DNA of 64,000 nucleotides from the IMG/VR virus record IMGVR_UViG_3300036770_006296, positions 1 to 64,000 of that record; one strand, given 5' to 3'. Below, one piece after another: positions 28,561 through 39,330 of the stretch (position 1 is its first letter; the number at the start of each line of letters is the position of its first letter). The notes beneath the pieces are model-generated. The model had not been told where the DNA came from. It worked only from the letters and a program-made list of their open reading frames with translations, and searched no databases. The position numbers and the translations under genes are program-made.

Positions 28561-28866
28561 TTAGATTGATTCTTTCTTTTTGAGTTGTTCTAGATAGTCT
28601 TTCCAGACAAGTCCGCCCTCTTTAATTCCTGCTTTTTGAAATTTATGTAGCTCTGCTCTTTTAGACATTATATAGGAAGCTATAATTGCGTCCTTCAATT
28701 CTATTTCTTTACGATCTAGCATTTCCTGAACCTTTTTAATTGATTTCATTGCTTCATCCCTGTTAGCAAATCTAAGGCCTGGAGTATACTTCCTTTCTCC
28801 GTCAAAAGGATTTACGTCTTTTAGGTATACATCCTCGAATAATTTGAAAGATAGAATTTTTTTCAC
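28561..28866 (-). CDS. Hypothetical protein with CTS-like N-terminus (minus strand)
   Basis: Begins MKKILSFKLFED (GTG start). GAATATATAA lies on the minus strand at 28870-28879, and the stop abuts the stop of the upstream plus-strand gene. Confidence 0.6.
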   Translation of the reverse strand: MKKILSFKLFEDVYLKDVNPFDGERKYTPGLRFANRDEAMKSIKKVQEMLDRKEIELKDAIIASYIMSKRAELHKFQKAGIKEGGLVWKDYLEQLKKKESI

Positions 28867-28885
28867 CTATTATATATTCCTTTTT

Positions 28886-28914
28886 GAAACCTCTTCCCTA
28901 TAACACTATAAAAT
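28886..28914 (+). promoter_or_regulatory. GAAAC-N16-TATAAAAT promoter upstream of the polB N-half
   Basis: Same spacing as the other copies; also readable as TTGAAA-N17-TATAAA. Confidence 0.5.
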
Positions 28915-28918
28915 AGAT

Positions 28919-30325
28919 ATGATCATAGATATTGAGAATACAGGAAATGGATTATCTGTTTCACATTACACTGAGGAAGGGGAAGTTAATTTATTGAAAA
29001 TTCAGGTACCAAAGCATCTACAATTTGTTTGGCAAAAAACATCGGAGAACGACAAAAGTAAAGATAAGGAATGGAGGTCATGGGACAATTTTCCTGTGAA
29101 GAAAGTCACCACTAGCAAGTTTGACAAATATAGAGTGGTAGAAATATTAGAAGCGATAGATCCCGAAATAACAAAACCACTTTGGGATTACCAAACTCCT
29201 AAAAAATACTTTGTCGATATAGAGGTTGAGATCACTGACAATCGTGCGGATTCTTTAGATACTGAAAATTCTAAGAACCGGGTGCTTTCAATAGGGATGG
29301 CTTCTTCTCACGGAAAGATTCTGGTTATTGGACTCGAAGATATTCCGCAGGATAAAATATTAAAAATAGAAAAAAGGATAAAGGAACACTTTAAGGATCA
29401 GCCAGGAGAATGGACTTTTAATTATAGGAAGTTCGAGACTGAGTTCGATATGCTTTACACTTTCTTCTCTAAGCTAGTTCCTAAAATGCCTTTAATAACT
29501 GGATGGAACTGGTTTGGGTATGACTGGCCTTATCTTATCAATCGAGCAAAAAGATTAGGAATAGATCCAAAGATAGCTTCACCCAGTGGGATTCTCTTAG
29601 GAATGAACCAGATTCCGATGCACATACTAATGGTTGACTACCTGGACATCTATAAGAAATGGGATAGGGTTATAAAAATCAGAGAATCTAACTCATTAGA
29701 CTATGTTGCTAATCAAGCTATAGGGATAAAAAAGATTTCTTATAACGGAACATTAAAAGATTTATATGAATCAGATTTTGAGACATTTATCTTTTATAAC
29801 GCAGTCGACTGTGCTTTAGTTCATTATATAGATAAAAGGCTGGACACGCTTTCAACTTTCTTTAAAATTGCCGAAGTTAGTAGAGTGGAAATAAACAGAG
29901 CCCTATCACCTGTGTGGACCACTGAGGTACTGATGCTAAGAAAATTCCTGGAAAGAAAAAGAGTTATTGTCAACGAGAGAAAAGGAGAATCACATGTAAA
30001 GTTTGAAGGAGCTTATGTTAAGAAGCCAGAAAAAGGATTATATGAATGGATCGCTTGTTTTGACTTTGCCTCACTATATCCTAACACGATGATGCAATGG
30101 GGAATTTCACCAGAGGCTTATATTGGGAAGAATTTAAAAGAAATACCAGAAGGTGCAATTAAAACATCTTCAGGTGCGGTGTTTTACAACAAAGATGGGC
30201 AAGAACCTATACTAAGAGAAATATTAAAAGGACTTTATGCACAAAGGAAAGCTACTAAGAAAAAATATTTTGAGTGTGAAAAGGAAATAGAAAAAATTAA
30301 AAAAGCAATAAAATCAAAATCATAA
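28919..30325 (+). CDS. polB: Family B DNA polymerase, N-terminal half (3'-5' exonuclease plus motif A)
   Basis: ExoI FVDIEVE, ExoII ITGWNWFGYDWPYL, ExoIII YNAVD and motif A FDFASLYP. Ends in the first fingers helix (LYAQRKATKKK); motifs B and C are absent. Confidence 0.9.
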   Translation: MIIDIENTGNGLSVSHYTEEGEVNLLKIQVPKHLQFVWQKTSENDKSKDKEWRSWDNFPVKKVTTSKFDKYRVVEILEAIDPEITKPLWDYQTPKKYFVDIEVEITDNRADSLDTENSKNRVLSIGMASSHGKILVIGLEDIPQDKILKIEKRIKEHFKDQPGEWTFNYRKFETEFDMLYTFFSKLVPKMPLITGWNWFGYDWPYLINRAKRLGIDPKIASPSGILLGMNQIPMHILMVDYLDIYKKWDRVIKIRESNSLDYVANQAIGIKKISYNGTLKDLYESDFETFIFYNAVDCALVHYIDKRLDTLSTFFKIAEVSRVEINRALSPVWTTEVLMLRKFLERKRVIVNERKGESHVKFEGAYVKKPEKGLYEWIACFDFASLYPNTMMQWGISPEAYIGKNLKEIPEGAIKTSSGAVFYNKDGQEPILREILKGLYAQRKATKKKYFECEKEIEKIKKAIKSKS

Positions 30326-30328
30326 ATT

Positions 30329-30793
30329 ATGGCAAACACAGATAACAAATGTTCAGATCTTCCGGTGGAGGATTTTTACACAGGGTCGGAAGACACTTTA
30401 GGATTAGTTTATAACAAACAAAAAGAACTTCAGGAAAGATATGGGTTCGATTTCAAGGATTGGTCCATCAAGCAAATAGCAGATTTTTGGATGGTCAATA
30501 AGCATGCTCTTGGCGACGAGTTGAACGAAATGTTTGATGCACTAGGAGGAATCAATGATGGTATAGGATCTGCTGGTTGGAAATACTGGAAAGGTGACAA
30601 CAAAAAAACGGAGACTATGAAAATCTCAGATCTTTCAGAAGCCGACAAATTAGAGCTATATTATGAATGGATAGATGGATTACATTTTTACATGAATTTC
30701 GCTATTTCTATCGGTATGACAAGTAAGGATATTGTTAATCTTTATATGGCAAAAAATTCTGAAAATCACGACCGTCAGGAGAGAGGATACTAA
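30329..30793 (+). CDS. Dimeric all-alpha dUTPase/dCTPase (T4 gp56/dUTPase_2-like)
   Basis: [21 protein letters not shown] and [16 protein letters not shown]. Confidence 0.8.
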   Translation: MANTDNKCSDLPVEDFYTGSEDTLGLVYNKQKELQERYGFDFKDWSIKQIADFWMVNKHALGDELNEMFDALGGINDGIGSAGWKYWKGDNKKTETMKISDLSEADKLELYYEWIDGLHFYMNFAISIGMTSKDIVNLYMAKNSENHDRQERGY

Positions 30794-30812
30794 TATATAT
30801 AATAAAAAATTC

Positions 30813-31793
30813 ATGGAAAAATTACTAACACCAAACCCTAGGAGATTCTCATTGTTTCCTGTTCAGCACCACGATATGTGGACAATGTATAAAACTGCAG
30901 AAGCATCTTTTTGGACTGCTGAGGAAATAGATCTAGCTCAAGATATAACGCACTGGAGAGATAAATTAAACGATAATGAGAGATATTTTATTAAGCATGT
31001 TATTGCTTTCTTTAATAACTCCGATGGGATTGTTAATGAAAATCTAGCTGCAAACTTTTTTAATCAAGTACAATACCCAGAGGCAAGATGCTTTTATGGA
31101 TTTCAATTAGCAATAGAGAACATTCACGGAGAAACCTATTCTCTTCTTATTGATTCCTATATAAGAGACGAAGAAGAAAAGGAACATCTATTTAATGCTA
31201 TCGATACTGTTCCTTCAGTCAAAAGAAAAGCTGATTGGGCTATGAAATGGATAGAGAAAGGGTCATTCATAGAAACATTAATTGCTTTTGCTGCGGTGGA
31301 AGGAATCTTCTTCTCCGGATCATTTTGTTCCATCTTCTGGTTAAAGAAAAGAGGACTAATGCCGGGTCTATGTTTTGCTAATGAACTAATATCTAGGGAT
31401 GAAGGATTGCATTGTGATTTTGCTTGTTTACTTTACACTAGCCACATCGAAAACAAACTTCCGGAAGAAACAGTTGTCGAGATAATTAGTGAAGCTGTAG
31501 AGATCGAAAAAGAGTTTGTTACTTCGTCATTACCTGTAAGACTTATTGGAATGAATTCTGATCTTATGTGCCAATATATAGAATTTGTTGCAGATCGTCT
31601 ACTAATTTCTCTAGGATGTAATAAGATATACAACACTAAATGTCCTTTTGATTTCATGGTTAACATAGCCCTTGAAAACAAGGGTAACTTCTTTGAAGGA
31701 AGAGTGGGTTCATACCAAAAATCCGGTGTTATGGACAGTACTAAAGATAATAAGGATTCTGGCAAAGCCTTTACAATGGATGCTGACTTTTAA
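30813..31793 (+). CDS. nrdB: Ribonucleotide reductase class Ia beta subunit
   Basis: [21 protein letters not shown] (radical Tyr), [10 protein letters not shown] and ISRDEGLH. The likely start is the ATG at 30813; the track starts at 30732, overlapping the dUTPase gene. Confidence 0.95.
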   Translation: MEKLLTPNPRRFSLFPVQHHDMWTMYKTAEASFWTAEEIDLAQDITHWRDKLNDNERYFIKHVIAFFNNSDGIVNENLAANFFNQVQYPEARCFYGFQLAIENIHGETYSLLIDSYIRDEEEKEHLFNAIDTVPSVKRKADWAMKWIEKGSFIETLIAFAAVEGIFFSGSFCSIFWLKKRGLMPGLCFANELISRDEGLHCDFACLLYTSHIENKLPEETVVEIISEAVEIEKEFVTSSLPVRLIGMNSDLMCQYIEFVADRLLISLGCNKIYNTKCPFDFMVNIALENKGNFFEGRVGSYQKSGVMDSTKDNKDSGKAFTMDADF

Positions 31794-31843
31794 TTTAGTA
31801 ACAGATCCCAATCGAATATATATAAGGCATATAATTAACAACT

Positions 31844-32170
31844 GTGGCTCAGAAAACTAGATCTCAATTTAAAGTAATATTTTCTCAGGGAAATATCCCA
31901 ACTCAGCAGGATTTCCATGACTTTATAGATAGTTATTGGAACTTGCCTGATGATGGTTCTTTTACTGGGATAACTGGACCTTCCGGACCTACTGGTGCTA
32001 CTGGGTTCGGTGTACAAGGAGCAACCGGGCCAACAGGATCTACTATGCTAACATCAGTACCTAGCGCAACTTCCTCAACAGGAACAACTGGAAATTACGC
32101 AGCTGCTTCCGGATCCTTTTATTTTCATGATGGATCTCAATGGTGGGTTATCAATGGTACTGGTTTCTGA
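31844..32170 (+). CDS. Small collagen-like virion decoration/fibre protein
   Basis: N-terminal FSQGNIPTQQDFHDFIDS module and GPSGPTGATG...GATGPTG repeats; preceded by GAATATATATAA (31814-31825). Confidence 0.55.
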   Translation: MAQKTRSQFKVIFSQGNIPTQQDFHDFIDSYWNLPDDGSFTGITGPSGPTGATGFGVQGATGPTGSTMLTSVPSATSSTGTTGNYAAASGSFYFHDGSQWWVINGTGF

Positions 32171-32277
32171 TTTTTATTTATTGGTATCCTCAAAGGGATA
32201 AAACCAACGATTTTAAAAAAAAATTAAAACAAGGGAAACTAATTGTCGATTAAAAAATAAAAAAATAAACTTGTAAA

Positions 32278-34644
32278 ATGGAAGTAATAAAAAGAGATGG
32301 CTCTAGAGAAAGAGTAAAACTGGACAAGATCCTTAGTAGGGTTAAGAAACAGTGTTATGGATTAAATATGGATTATATAGAGCCGATGGAGATAGCCAAA
32401 AAGGTTATTCATGGTCTTTATGACGGAATTACATCTATTGAATTAGATACATTGGCGGCGGAAACAGCTGCAGCACTAACTCCGACACACCCAGATTATT
32501 CTATACTCGCTTCTAGAATTTGTGTTACCTCCTTACATAAAAGAACACCAAAAAGTTTTTCACAGGTTATTGAGCAACTCTATAATTACATTGATCCTAG
32601 AACAGGATTAAAAGCACCTATGATTGCTGATGATGTCTACGAGATCATCATGAATAATTCAAAAGATATAGATTCTCAAATAATAACAGATAGAGATTTA
32701 GAATACGATTATTTTGGATTTAAAACTCTAGAAAAATCATATCTATTAAAAATAGATGGTCTTCCCGCAGAAAGACCGCAGCAAATGTTAATGAGAGTAG
32801 CTATAGGAATTCATAAAAATGATTTGCCCTCCGCTTATAAGACCTATGATTTAATGAGTCAGGGATATTTTACTCACGCGACACCTACATTGTTTAACTC
32901 TGGTACTAGGAGACCTCAACTTTCTTCTTGTTTTTTAGTTTCGATGGATGATGATTCAATCCAAGGGATTTATAAAACACTCTCTGATGTAGCTCAAATT
33001 TCTAAGAATGCGGGAGGTATTGGATTACACATACACAACGTAAGAGGTACAGGAGCTTACATTAGAGGCACTAACGGAACATCTAATGGTATTATTCCGA
33101 TGCTTAAGGTTTTCAATGAGACTGCAAGATACGTTGACCAAGGAGGAGGAAGAAGAAAAGGATCATTTGCTGTTTATCTAGAGCCTTGGCACTGTGACGT
33201 TGAAGATTTTTTAAATCTTAGAAAAAATCACGGTAAGGAAGAAATGAGAGCCCGGGATCTTTTCTTGGCTTTATGGACTCCTGATTTATTTATGGAAAGA
33301 GTAAAAGAAAATGGAGACTGGACATTGTTTTCACCAGATGAGGCACCAGGATTAGACGATGCTTATGGAGAAGAGTTCAATAAGCTTTATACTAAATATG
33401 AAAACGAAGGAAAGGGAAGAAAGACAGTAAAAGCCCAAGACCTTTGGTATAAAATTATTGAAGCACAAATAGAAACAGGAACTCCTTATATTCTTTACAA
33501 GGATTCTGCAAATATTAAATCTAATCAGAAAAATTTAGGAACTATTAAATCTTCCAATCTTTGCACCGAGATCATCGAGTACTCAGATTCAAAAGAAACT
33601 GCAGTTTGTAATTTAGCTTCTATTGCACTGCCTAAATTTATTACCCCTGGTAAGAAACCTAAATACGATCTTAATGCACTTAAAGATATAGCTTACACGG
33701 CTACAATAAATCTTAATAGAGTAATAGACGTTAATTATTATCCTACTAAAGAGACCAAGACTTCTAATATGAAGCACAGACCTATAGGTATAGGCGTACA
33801 GGGATTAGCAGATACTTTTGCTATATTAAAAATACCTTTCGATTCCGAAGAAGCTAAACAATTAGATAGGGATATTTTTGAAGCTATTTATTATGGCGCT
33901 ATGTGTGCATCAGTGGATCTTGCAGAAAAAGAGGGAGCATACCAATCTTTTAAAGGATCTCCTCTATCTAAAGGACTATTCCAGTTTGATTTATGGAATG
34001 AATCTCCAAGCACAAGATGGGATTGGGAAGCTTTAAGAGAAAGAGTAAAAACACACGGAGCTAGAAACTCATTATTGCTTGCCCCGATGCCTACAGCATC
34101 TACAAGTCAAATACTAGGTAACAATGAATGTTTTGAACCATTTACATCTAATATCTACATTAGAAAAACACTATCCGGAGAATTTCCAGTAGTTAACAAG
34201 CACTTAGTTAAAGAGTTAGTCAAACTAGGTATGTGGAGTGAATCACTTAGAGATAAGATAATTATCAATAACGGATCGGTCCAGGACATAAAAGAAATTC
34301 CAGACGAAATTAAGGAAATTTATAAGACTGCTTGGGAAATGAGCCAAAAGGTTATTATAGACCACGCAGCAATAAGAGCACCTTTCATTTGTCAAAGTCA
34401 AAGTATGAACTTATTTGTACAGGACGCAAATTTTGCTAAACTCTCTTCCGCACATTTTTATGGATGGTCTAAAGGATTAAAAACCGGAAGCTATTATATC
34501 AGAACTAAAGCTGCTACAACTGCTATAAAAGGATTAGGGATAGATACTAATAAGCAGGAAGATATAAAATCAGAGGATGAAAATTACAGCGACTTAGTTT
34601 GTAGTATAGATAATCCTGAAGATTGTCAAGCCTGCGGATCATAA
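32278..34644 (+). CDS. nrdA: Ribonucleotide reductase class Ia alpha subunit with ATP cone
   Basis: VIKRDG ATP cone, [41 protein letters not shown] and C-terminal CQAC. Confidence 0.97.
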   Translation: MEVIKRDGSRERVKLDKILSRVKKQCYGLNMDYIEPMEIAKKVIHGLYDGITSIELDTLAAETAAALTPTHPDYSILASRICVTSLHKRTPKSFSQVIEQLYNYIDPRTGLKAPMIADDVYEIIMNNSKDIDSQIITDRDLEYDYFGFKTLEKSYLLKIDGLPAERPQQMLMRVAIGIHKNDLPSAYKTYDLMSQGYFTHATPTLFNSGTRRPQLSSCFLVSMDDDSIQGIYKTLSDVAQISKNAGGIGLHIHNVRGTGAYIRGTNGTSNGIIPMLKVFNETARYVDQGGGRRKGSFAVYLEPWHCDVEDFLNLRKNHGKEEMRARDLFLALWTPDLFMERVKENGDWTLFSPDEAPGLDDAYGEEFNKLYTKYENEGKGRKTVKAQDLWYKIIEAQIETGTPYILYKDSANIKSNQKNLGTIKSSNLCTEIIEYSDSKETAVCNLASIALPKFITPGKKPKYDLNALKDIAYTATINLNRVIDVNYYPTKETKTSNMKHRPIGIGVQGLADTFAILKIPFDSEEAKQLDRDIFEAIYYGAMCASVDLAEKEGAYQSFKGSPLSKGLFQFDLWNESPSTRWDWEALRERVKTHGARNSLLLAPMPTASTSQILGNNECFEPFTSNIYIRKTLSGEFPVVNKHLVKELVKLGMWSESLRDKIIINNGSVQDIKEIPDEIKEIYKTAWEMSQKVIIDHAAIRAPFICQSQSMNLFVQDANFAKLSSAHFYGWSKGLKTGSYYIRTKAATTAIKGLGIDTNKQEDIKSEDENYSDLVCSIDNPEDCQACGS

Positions 34645-34652
34645 ATAATATT

Positions 34653-35312
34653 ATGGAAGGAAAAAAGAATACCACTAAAAAAATAACAAACTTTAAAGAT
34701 TTCGTAAAAGATCACGGAGACATTGATGGTAAAGAAAATCTTGAAGAAATACCTTGTATAATTTTAGCTGGTCCTCCTGGGTGTGGCAAAGGAACACAAT
34801 CGAAAATAATATCTAAAGGTATGAGATGGAAACACGTTTCTACTGGCGATATATTAAGAGCTTCTGATGATAAAGAAATTAAAAAGATGATGAAGACTGG
34901 GGAATTACTTCCTGACGAATTAGTAGGAAAAGAACTAATCTCCTATCTTAAAGATTACTCTAAGCATCACGATCCTAAAGGATTTATATTTGATGGATAT
35001 CCAAGAAATCTTGCACAGAGAGATATTTTTGAAGAAATATGTAGAGTAAACAAATTAAAGCTTGTATATGTTTTCTTTTTAAACGGACCTGAGGATTTAT
35101 TAAAGAAGAGAATTATTAACCGAGGTAAATCATCGGGAAGATCAGACGACAAAAGCGAGAAAGCTTTTGAAAAAAGAATGAAAGAATATAATGAGCAGAC
35201 ACTTCCTATGATAGAATCAATGAGAAATGGTGGGAACTTTCTAGAAATATCTGCTACTAAAGATCTCGAGGATGTTTCTTCTTTAATATTTAAGAAATTG
35301 AATGAAATTTAA
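34653..35312 (+). CDS. adk: Adenylate kinase, short (LID-less) type, with an N-terminal extension
   Basis: GPPGCGKGTQ, HVSTGDILR, GFIFDGYPRN and GRSDD. The likely start is the ATG at 34653. Confidence 0.9.
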   Translation: MEGKKNTTKKITNFKDFVKDHGDIDGKENLEEIPCIILAGPPGCGKGTQSKIISKGMRWKHVSTGDILRASDDKEIKKMMKTGELLPDELVGKELISYLKDYSKHHDPKGFIFDGYPRNLAQRDIFEEICRVNKLKLVYVFFLNGPEDLLKKRIINRGKSSGRSDDKSEKAFEKRMKEYNEQTLPMIESMRNGGNFLEISATKDLEDVSSLIFKKLNEI

Positions 35313-35348
35313 TTTATAAACTAGTCTATAACTATTAAAAACAATAAA

Positions 35349-36581
35349 ATGGATAATGTCGAAAAAGAATCCCCTGTTGAAAATCGGGAAATAAATCAAC
35401 CAACACAACCAACTATCTGTTTAACTATGATAGTTAAAAACGAATCTCAAGTAATTAGAAGATGTATAGATTCGGTAAAAGATTATATCAGCTATTGGGT
35501 TATTGTAGACACAGGATCTACTGACGGAACACAAGATCTCATTAAAGAAATCATGGCTGAGTATAACATTCCCGGTGAACTACACGAAAGACCTTGGGTT
35601 GATTTTGGACACAATAGAACTGAAAATCTACGATATGCTAAGGATAAGGCAGATTACCGATTAATAATAGATGCGGATGATGTACTTTTCGTTGAAAATC
35701 CTGAAGTTAATCCATTCTTAAATGTAACCAAGGATTTCTATAAAATAAAAATAAGATTAGGTTCATTAGCATATTATAGATCTCAACTAATCAGAGGGGA
35801 TCAAGATTGGAAATATGTTGGTGTTTTACACGAATATCTTTCTGGACCAGAAGACATGGATCTCGAGGAGGACTTTTTAGAAGGAGTAGAAATGCACGCT
35901 TCAGTTTCGGGACACAATAGAGACATTAAAGGTAAAGACAAATACTATAATGATGCTTTAATTTTCGAAAAGGCTATTTTAACTACACCAAAAGAAGAAC
36001 TTCCCATAGATTTAGAAAGAAGATATGTCTTCTATATGGCACAAAGCTATAGAGATGCTGGAATGCACGAAAGATCTATCGAAGCTTATCAAAGAAGAGC
36101 TGATCTAGGAGGATGGAACGAAGAAGTTTATATTTCTAAATATTGGATTGCTAGACAAAAGCAGACAATGCAAAAACCCGACGAGGAAATAATTGATGCT
36201 TATTTAAAAGCTTGGGAATACAGACCAAATAGACTTGAATCATTATATCACCTTATTAAATTTCTAGGAAGTAGAAAGAGATATGCTTTAGCTTTTGCTC
36301 TGTCTGCAATAGGAATGAAAACTGGACCATGCTCAGATATCCTTTTCGTCGAAGATGAAATTTGGAAATGGAGAATGCCTGATGAATATTCAGTACTTGC
36401 TTACTATAACGGAAATGCAGAGGAAGCACGTAAGACTACAAGTATTATAATTAATTCCCCAGTATTCCAAAAAATAACTAAGGGTGAGCAAGATAGAATC
36501 CTTAAGAATTTGGATTTCTATAAAAAAGCTATAGACCGAAATACAGAAGAAGAGCCTAAAGAGGAATTACAGGAATCTTAG
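35349..36581 (+). CDS. GT2 glycosyltransferase with a C-terminal TPR-like domain
   Basis: CLTMIVKNE, VDTGSTDGT, IDADD and GVLHE, followed by TPR-like helices (FYMAQSYRDAG..E.SIEAY, AYLKAWEYRPNRLE). Confidence 0.85.
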   Translation: MDNVEKESPVENREINQPTQPTICLTMIVKNESQVIRRCIDSVKDYISYWVIVDTGSTDGTQDLIKEIMAEYNIPGELHERPWVDFGHNRTENLRYAKDKADYRLIIDADDVLFVENPEVNPFLNVTKDFYKIKIRLGSLAYYRSQLIRGDQDWKYVGVLHEYLSGPEDMDLEEDFLEGVEMHASVSGHNRDIKGKDKYYNDALIFEKAILTTPKEELPIDLERRYVFYMAQSYRDAGMHERSIEAYQRRADLGGWNEEVYISKYWIARQKQTMQKPDEEIIDAYLKAWEYRPNRLESLYHLIKFLGSRKRYALAFALSAIGMKTGPCSDILFVEDEIWKWRMPDEYSVLAYYNGNAEEARKTTSIIINSPVFQKITKGEQDRILKNLDFYKKAIDRNTEEEPKEELQES

Positions 36582-36589
36582 AGAATGTA

Positions 36590-36598
36590 GATATATAA
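36590..36598 (+). promoter_or_regulatory. Putative late promoter GATATATAA
   Basis: Intergenic, before a CTS-tagged ORF. Confidence 0.6.
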
Positions 36599-36614
36599 CA
36601 TAAAAAGTTATATA

Positions 36615-37097
36615 ATGAGAATTCTAAGATTTGTGGATTTTTTAAATGAGTCTGTTTATAACGTAGGAATTCCTCTTTACAGAGGATCTAGCTTCCAACC
36701 GGAAAGAACAATAAAAAGGAATAAGTTTATTGGGGAGCTTCAGGATTTCCTTACTCAAGTTGCTAACGGTACGCTTTCTGAAATCACAGTAATAGCTGAA
36801 ATACCAACACAAGGTAAGAACGCACCACAATATCTAAAAGATATTTATGCTGAAATGGGATACGATCCTAGCAGAGATCAGGAAGATATGTATGACCCAG
36901 AGACTGATGTTTACATGGGAGATAGAAGCAGAACAGCAGATGAACCTTCTAGAAATATATTCGTAGACTCTGAGTTTATTGTTAAAGATGTTGATCAGAC
37001 AAAAGGAGTTATTATTGCAGTTCCTTATTCTTTAAAAAGAAAGAATGTTACTGTAGAATTAACCCCCGATATGATTGACGAGGCTTACGTTAAATAA
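36615..37097 (+). CDS. Hypothetical protein with CTS-like N-terminus
   Basis: Begins MRILRFVDFLNES. Confidence 0.5.
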   Translation: MRILRFVDFLNESVYNVGIPLYRGSSFQPERTIKRNKFIGELQDFLTQVANGTLSEITVIAEIPTQGKNAPQYLKDIYAEMGYDPSRDQEDMYDPETDVYMGDRSRTADEPSRNIFVDSEFIVKDVDQTKGVIIAVPYSLKRKNVTVELTPDMIDEAYVK

Positions 37098-37115
37098 TTT
37101 AGCACTTACTAATAC

Positions 37116-37475
37116 ATGGATTTTGATGATTTTTATATAGCAAAAATCGGAGACCATACTTTCATATTAGAAGATTGCAAAGACTTTCCAAAAGGACTTT
37201 CAGAAAGAGAGCATCTCCTCGAAAATGAGGGGATGCTTTTTAAGTTTAATGATCCTGGACATAGGTCCTTTCATATGAAAGGATGTTTAATACCTTTAGA
37301 TATTATCTTTATTAAAAAAGGAAGAGTTGAAAAAATATACCACAACTGTAATCCATGTGAGCTTAATGAGTGTGATCAATTTGAACACGAAGATGCTGAT
37401 ACAGTAGTCGAGCTTATGGGAGGAACTTGCAAGAAAAATAACATCAACGAGGGGCTCATCTACAGGCTCATGTAA
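37116..37475 (+). CDS. DUF192 family protein
   Basis: KGLSERE.L.ENEGMLFKF......FHMKGCLIPLDIIFI...VVELMGG. Confidence 0.8.
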   Translation: MDFDDFYIAKIGDHTFILEDCKDFPKGLSEREHLLENEGMLFKFNDPGHRSFHMKGCLIPLDIIFIKKGRVEKIYHNCNPCELNECDQFEHEDADTVVELMGGTCKKNNINEGLIYRLM

Positions 37476-37504
37476 GAAACTTTTCTCCCTTATTCATTTA
37501 TAAT
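37476..37504 (+). promoter_or_regulatory. GAAAC-N16-TTTATAAT promoter upstream of the topoisomerase II B subunit
   Basis: Bipartite motif with conserved spacing. Confidence 0.55.
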
Positions 37505-37510
37505 CAATAT

Positions 37511-39298
37511 ATGTCATCAAAAAAAGAGATACAAGTTCTCTCTGAAAGAGAACACATTTTATTGAGACCTACTGTTTATGTAGGTAGTGTTAAGCCAACT
37601 GACGAAAAGGTTCCTATAATAAGAAATAACACACTTTTTATTGAATCTAAGAAGATTTCGGTGGGAATGTATAAGTTATTTGACGAAGTGTTTTCTAATG
37701 CGTTAGACGAAGCTAAAAGGATGAAAGGCAAGATGAAGACCATTGGGATATGGGTTCATTCTAAAGATAACAAAATATCAATTACTGACACAGGTAATGG
37801 ATTTTATAAAGGGACCGAAATTAACAAAGTTAGTGGTAAAACTAATATTGAAACAGCAGTTTCCCAATTAAGAGCTGGGTCTAATTTTGAAAATGATGAT
37901 ATCGAAGAATCCCTAGTTGGTACTAATGGTATGGGGGTTAGTCTTGTCAATGTGCTCTCTAAATATTTTTCCATAGAAACTATAAATGATAAGTATCATT
38001 ATTTTCAAGAATGGAAAGATTACGAAGGCAGCAGTCCAAAAATAACTAAGAACACAATAAAGTCTAAAACCGGAACAACTGTGACTTTTAAACCTCTCTC
38101 AGAAGTTTTCGGAGGCGATAAATGGGACAAAGAAGTTCTATCATCCATATTGATTCTTAAATATGACCTCATAAAAAGAGACCCGATACTTAGTAATTTA
38201 ACTATAAATGTTAACTGGGATGGAGAGGATATAGATTTAAACACAAGATTTATATCTGAGGACTCTTTTAAGATTAACACTGATATAGGACAGATAACCA
38301 TTTGGGAAAAATATGAGGGATCTGGATCTATTAGTTTTGTTAATTCCGCTATGTGCACTGGAATACATCAGAAGATAGTAAATGACTTTGTAAACTCTAA
38401 GTTGGAAGACACATTAGGACATCATTTTTATGACGCAATGATCGTTTTGAATCTTCCTCCTAAGTATGTTAAATTTGGAGACCAGAACAAAACTAGGTTT
38501 GTAACAACAAGAGAGGAGATAGAAAATCTTCTTATGAACAAATTCGGATCTAAACTCCAGGGATTTTTCAAAACTGAAATTTTTGAAAGGATCTTAAAAA
38601 AAGTGGAGGAGAGAAAGAATGATGGATATGTAAAAAAGTTAAGAGCAGAAAAAAGGAAGGTTAATTTAAAACATTCCCATAAATATTTTCCAGCACAGAA
38701 ATCATTAGCTGAGAATCTTTTTATAGTTGAGGGATTATCTGCGATGGGATCTATACTTCAAAAAAGAAATCCTAAGGAAGACGGGGTATATGCTCTAAAA
38801 GGAAAAATAAAAAACTGTAAAAATATAGGAGATCTATCTGACAACAAAGAGATATTAGAACTAATGCAAATATTAGGTCTTGATCCCACTGCTAGAAACA
38901 TAGAGACAGTAGGATATAAAAGAATTGTTATAGCTACAGATCCAGATCCAGATGGATCACACATTACTTCCCTACTTATAAATCTTTTCTATAAATGGTT
39001 TCCTATGATTATAAGATCAAGGAGACTTAGTTTTTTAAAGATCCCTTTAGTTTCTGTTGGAGATTCTAAAAAAAGAAAATACTATTGGGATATGGATGAA
39101 TTCAAAAAAGCAAAGCCTAGCGGAAATATTAGATATCTAAAAGGACTAGGATCTCTTTCACTAGATGATTGGGAATGGGTGATGAGTGATAAAACACTTA
39201 TATCAATAGAAGAAAGCGAGGATAGTAAAGAAAAACTAGAAATGGCTTTTGGAGATTCATCAGAATTAAGAAAAAAATGGCTTTCGAATGTTAAGTAG
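37511..39298 (+). CDS. Type IIA DNA topoisomerase, ATPase+TOPRIM subunit (GyrB/ParE; T4 gp39+gp60-like)
   Basis: EHILLRP.VYVGS, DEVFSNALDE, DTGNG, GTNGMG, EGLSA, ALKGK, DPDPDGSH and YLKGLG. Confidence 0.93.
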   Translation: MSSKKEIQVLSEREHILLRPTVYVGSVKPTDEKVPIIRNNTLFIESKKISVGMYKLFDEVFSNALDEAKRMKGKMKTIGIWVHSKDNKISITDTGNGFYKGTEINKVSGKTNIETAVSQLRAGSNFENDDIEESLVGTNGMGVSLVNVLSKYFSIETINDKYHYFQEWKDYEGSSPKITKNTIKSKTGTTVTFKPLSEVFGGDKWDKEVLSSILILKYDLIKRDPILSNLTINVNWDGEDIDLNTRFISEDSFKINTDIGQITIWEKYEGSGSISFVNSAMCTGIHQKIVNDFVNSKLEDTLGHHFYDAMIVLNLPPKYVKFGDQNKTRFVTTREEIENLLMNKFGSKLQGFFKTEIFERILKKVEERKNDGYVKKLRAEKRKVNLKHSHKYFPAQKSLAENLFIVEGLSAMGSILQKRNPKEDGVYALKGKIKNCKNIGDLSDNKEILELMQILGLDPTARNIETVGYKRIVIATDPDPDGSHITSLLINLFYKWFPMIIRSRRLSFLKIPLVSVGDSKKRKYYWDMDEFKKAKPSGNIRYLKGLGSLSLDDWEWVMSDKTLISIEESEDSKEKLEMAFGDSSELRKKWLSNVK

Positions 39299-39317
39299 AG
39301 TTATCTAACAATAAGTA

Positions 39318-39326
39318 GATATATAC
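39318..39326 (+). promoter_or_regulatory. Putative late promoter GATATATAC
   Basis: Immediately before the ATG at 39331. Confidence 0.55.
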
Positions 39327-39330
39327 AAAG

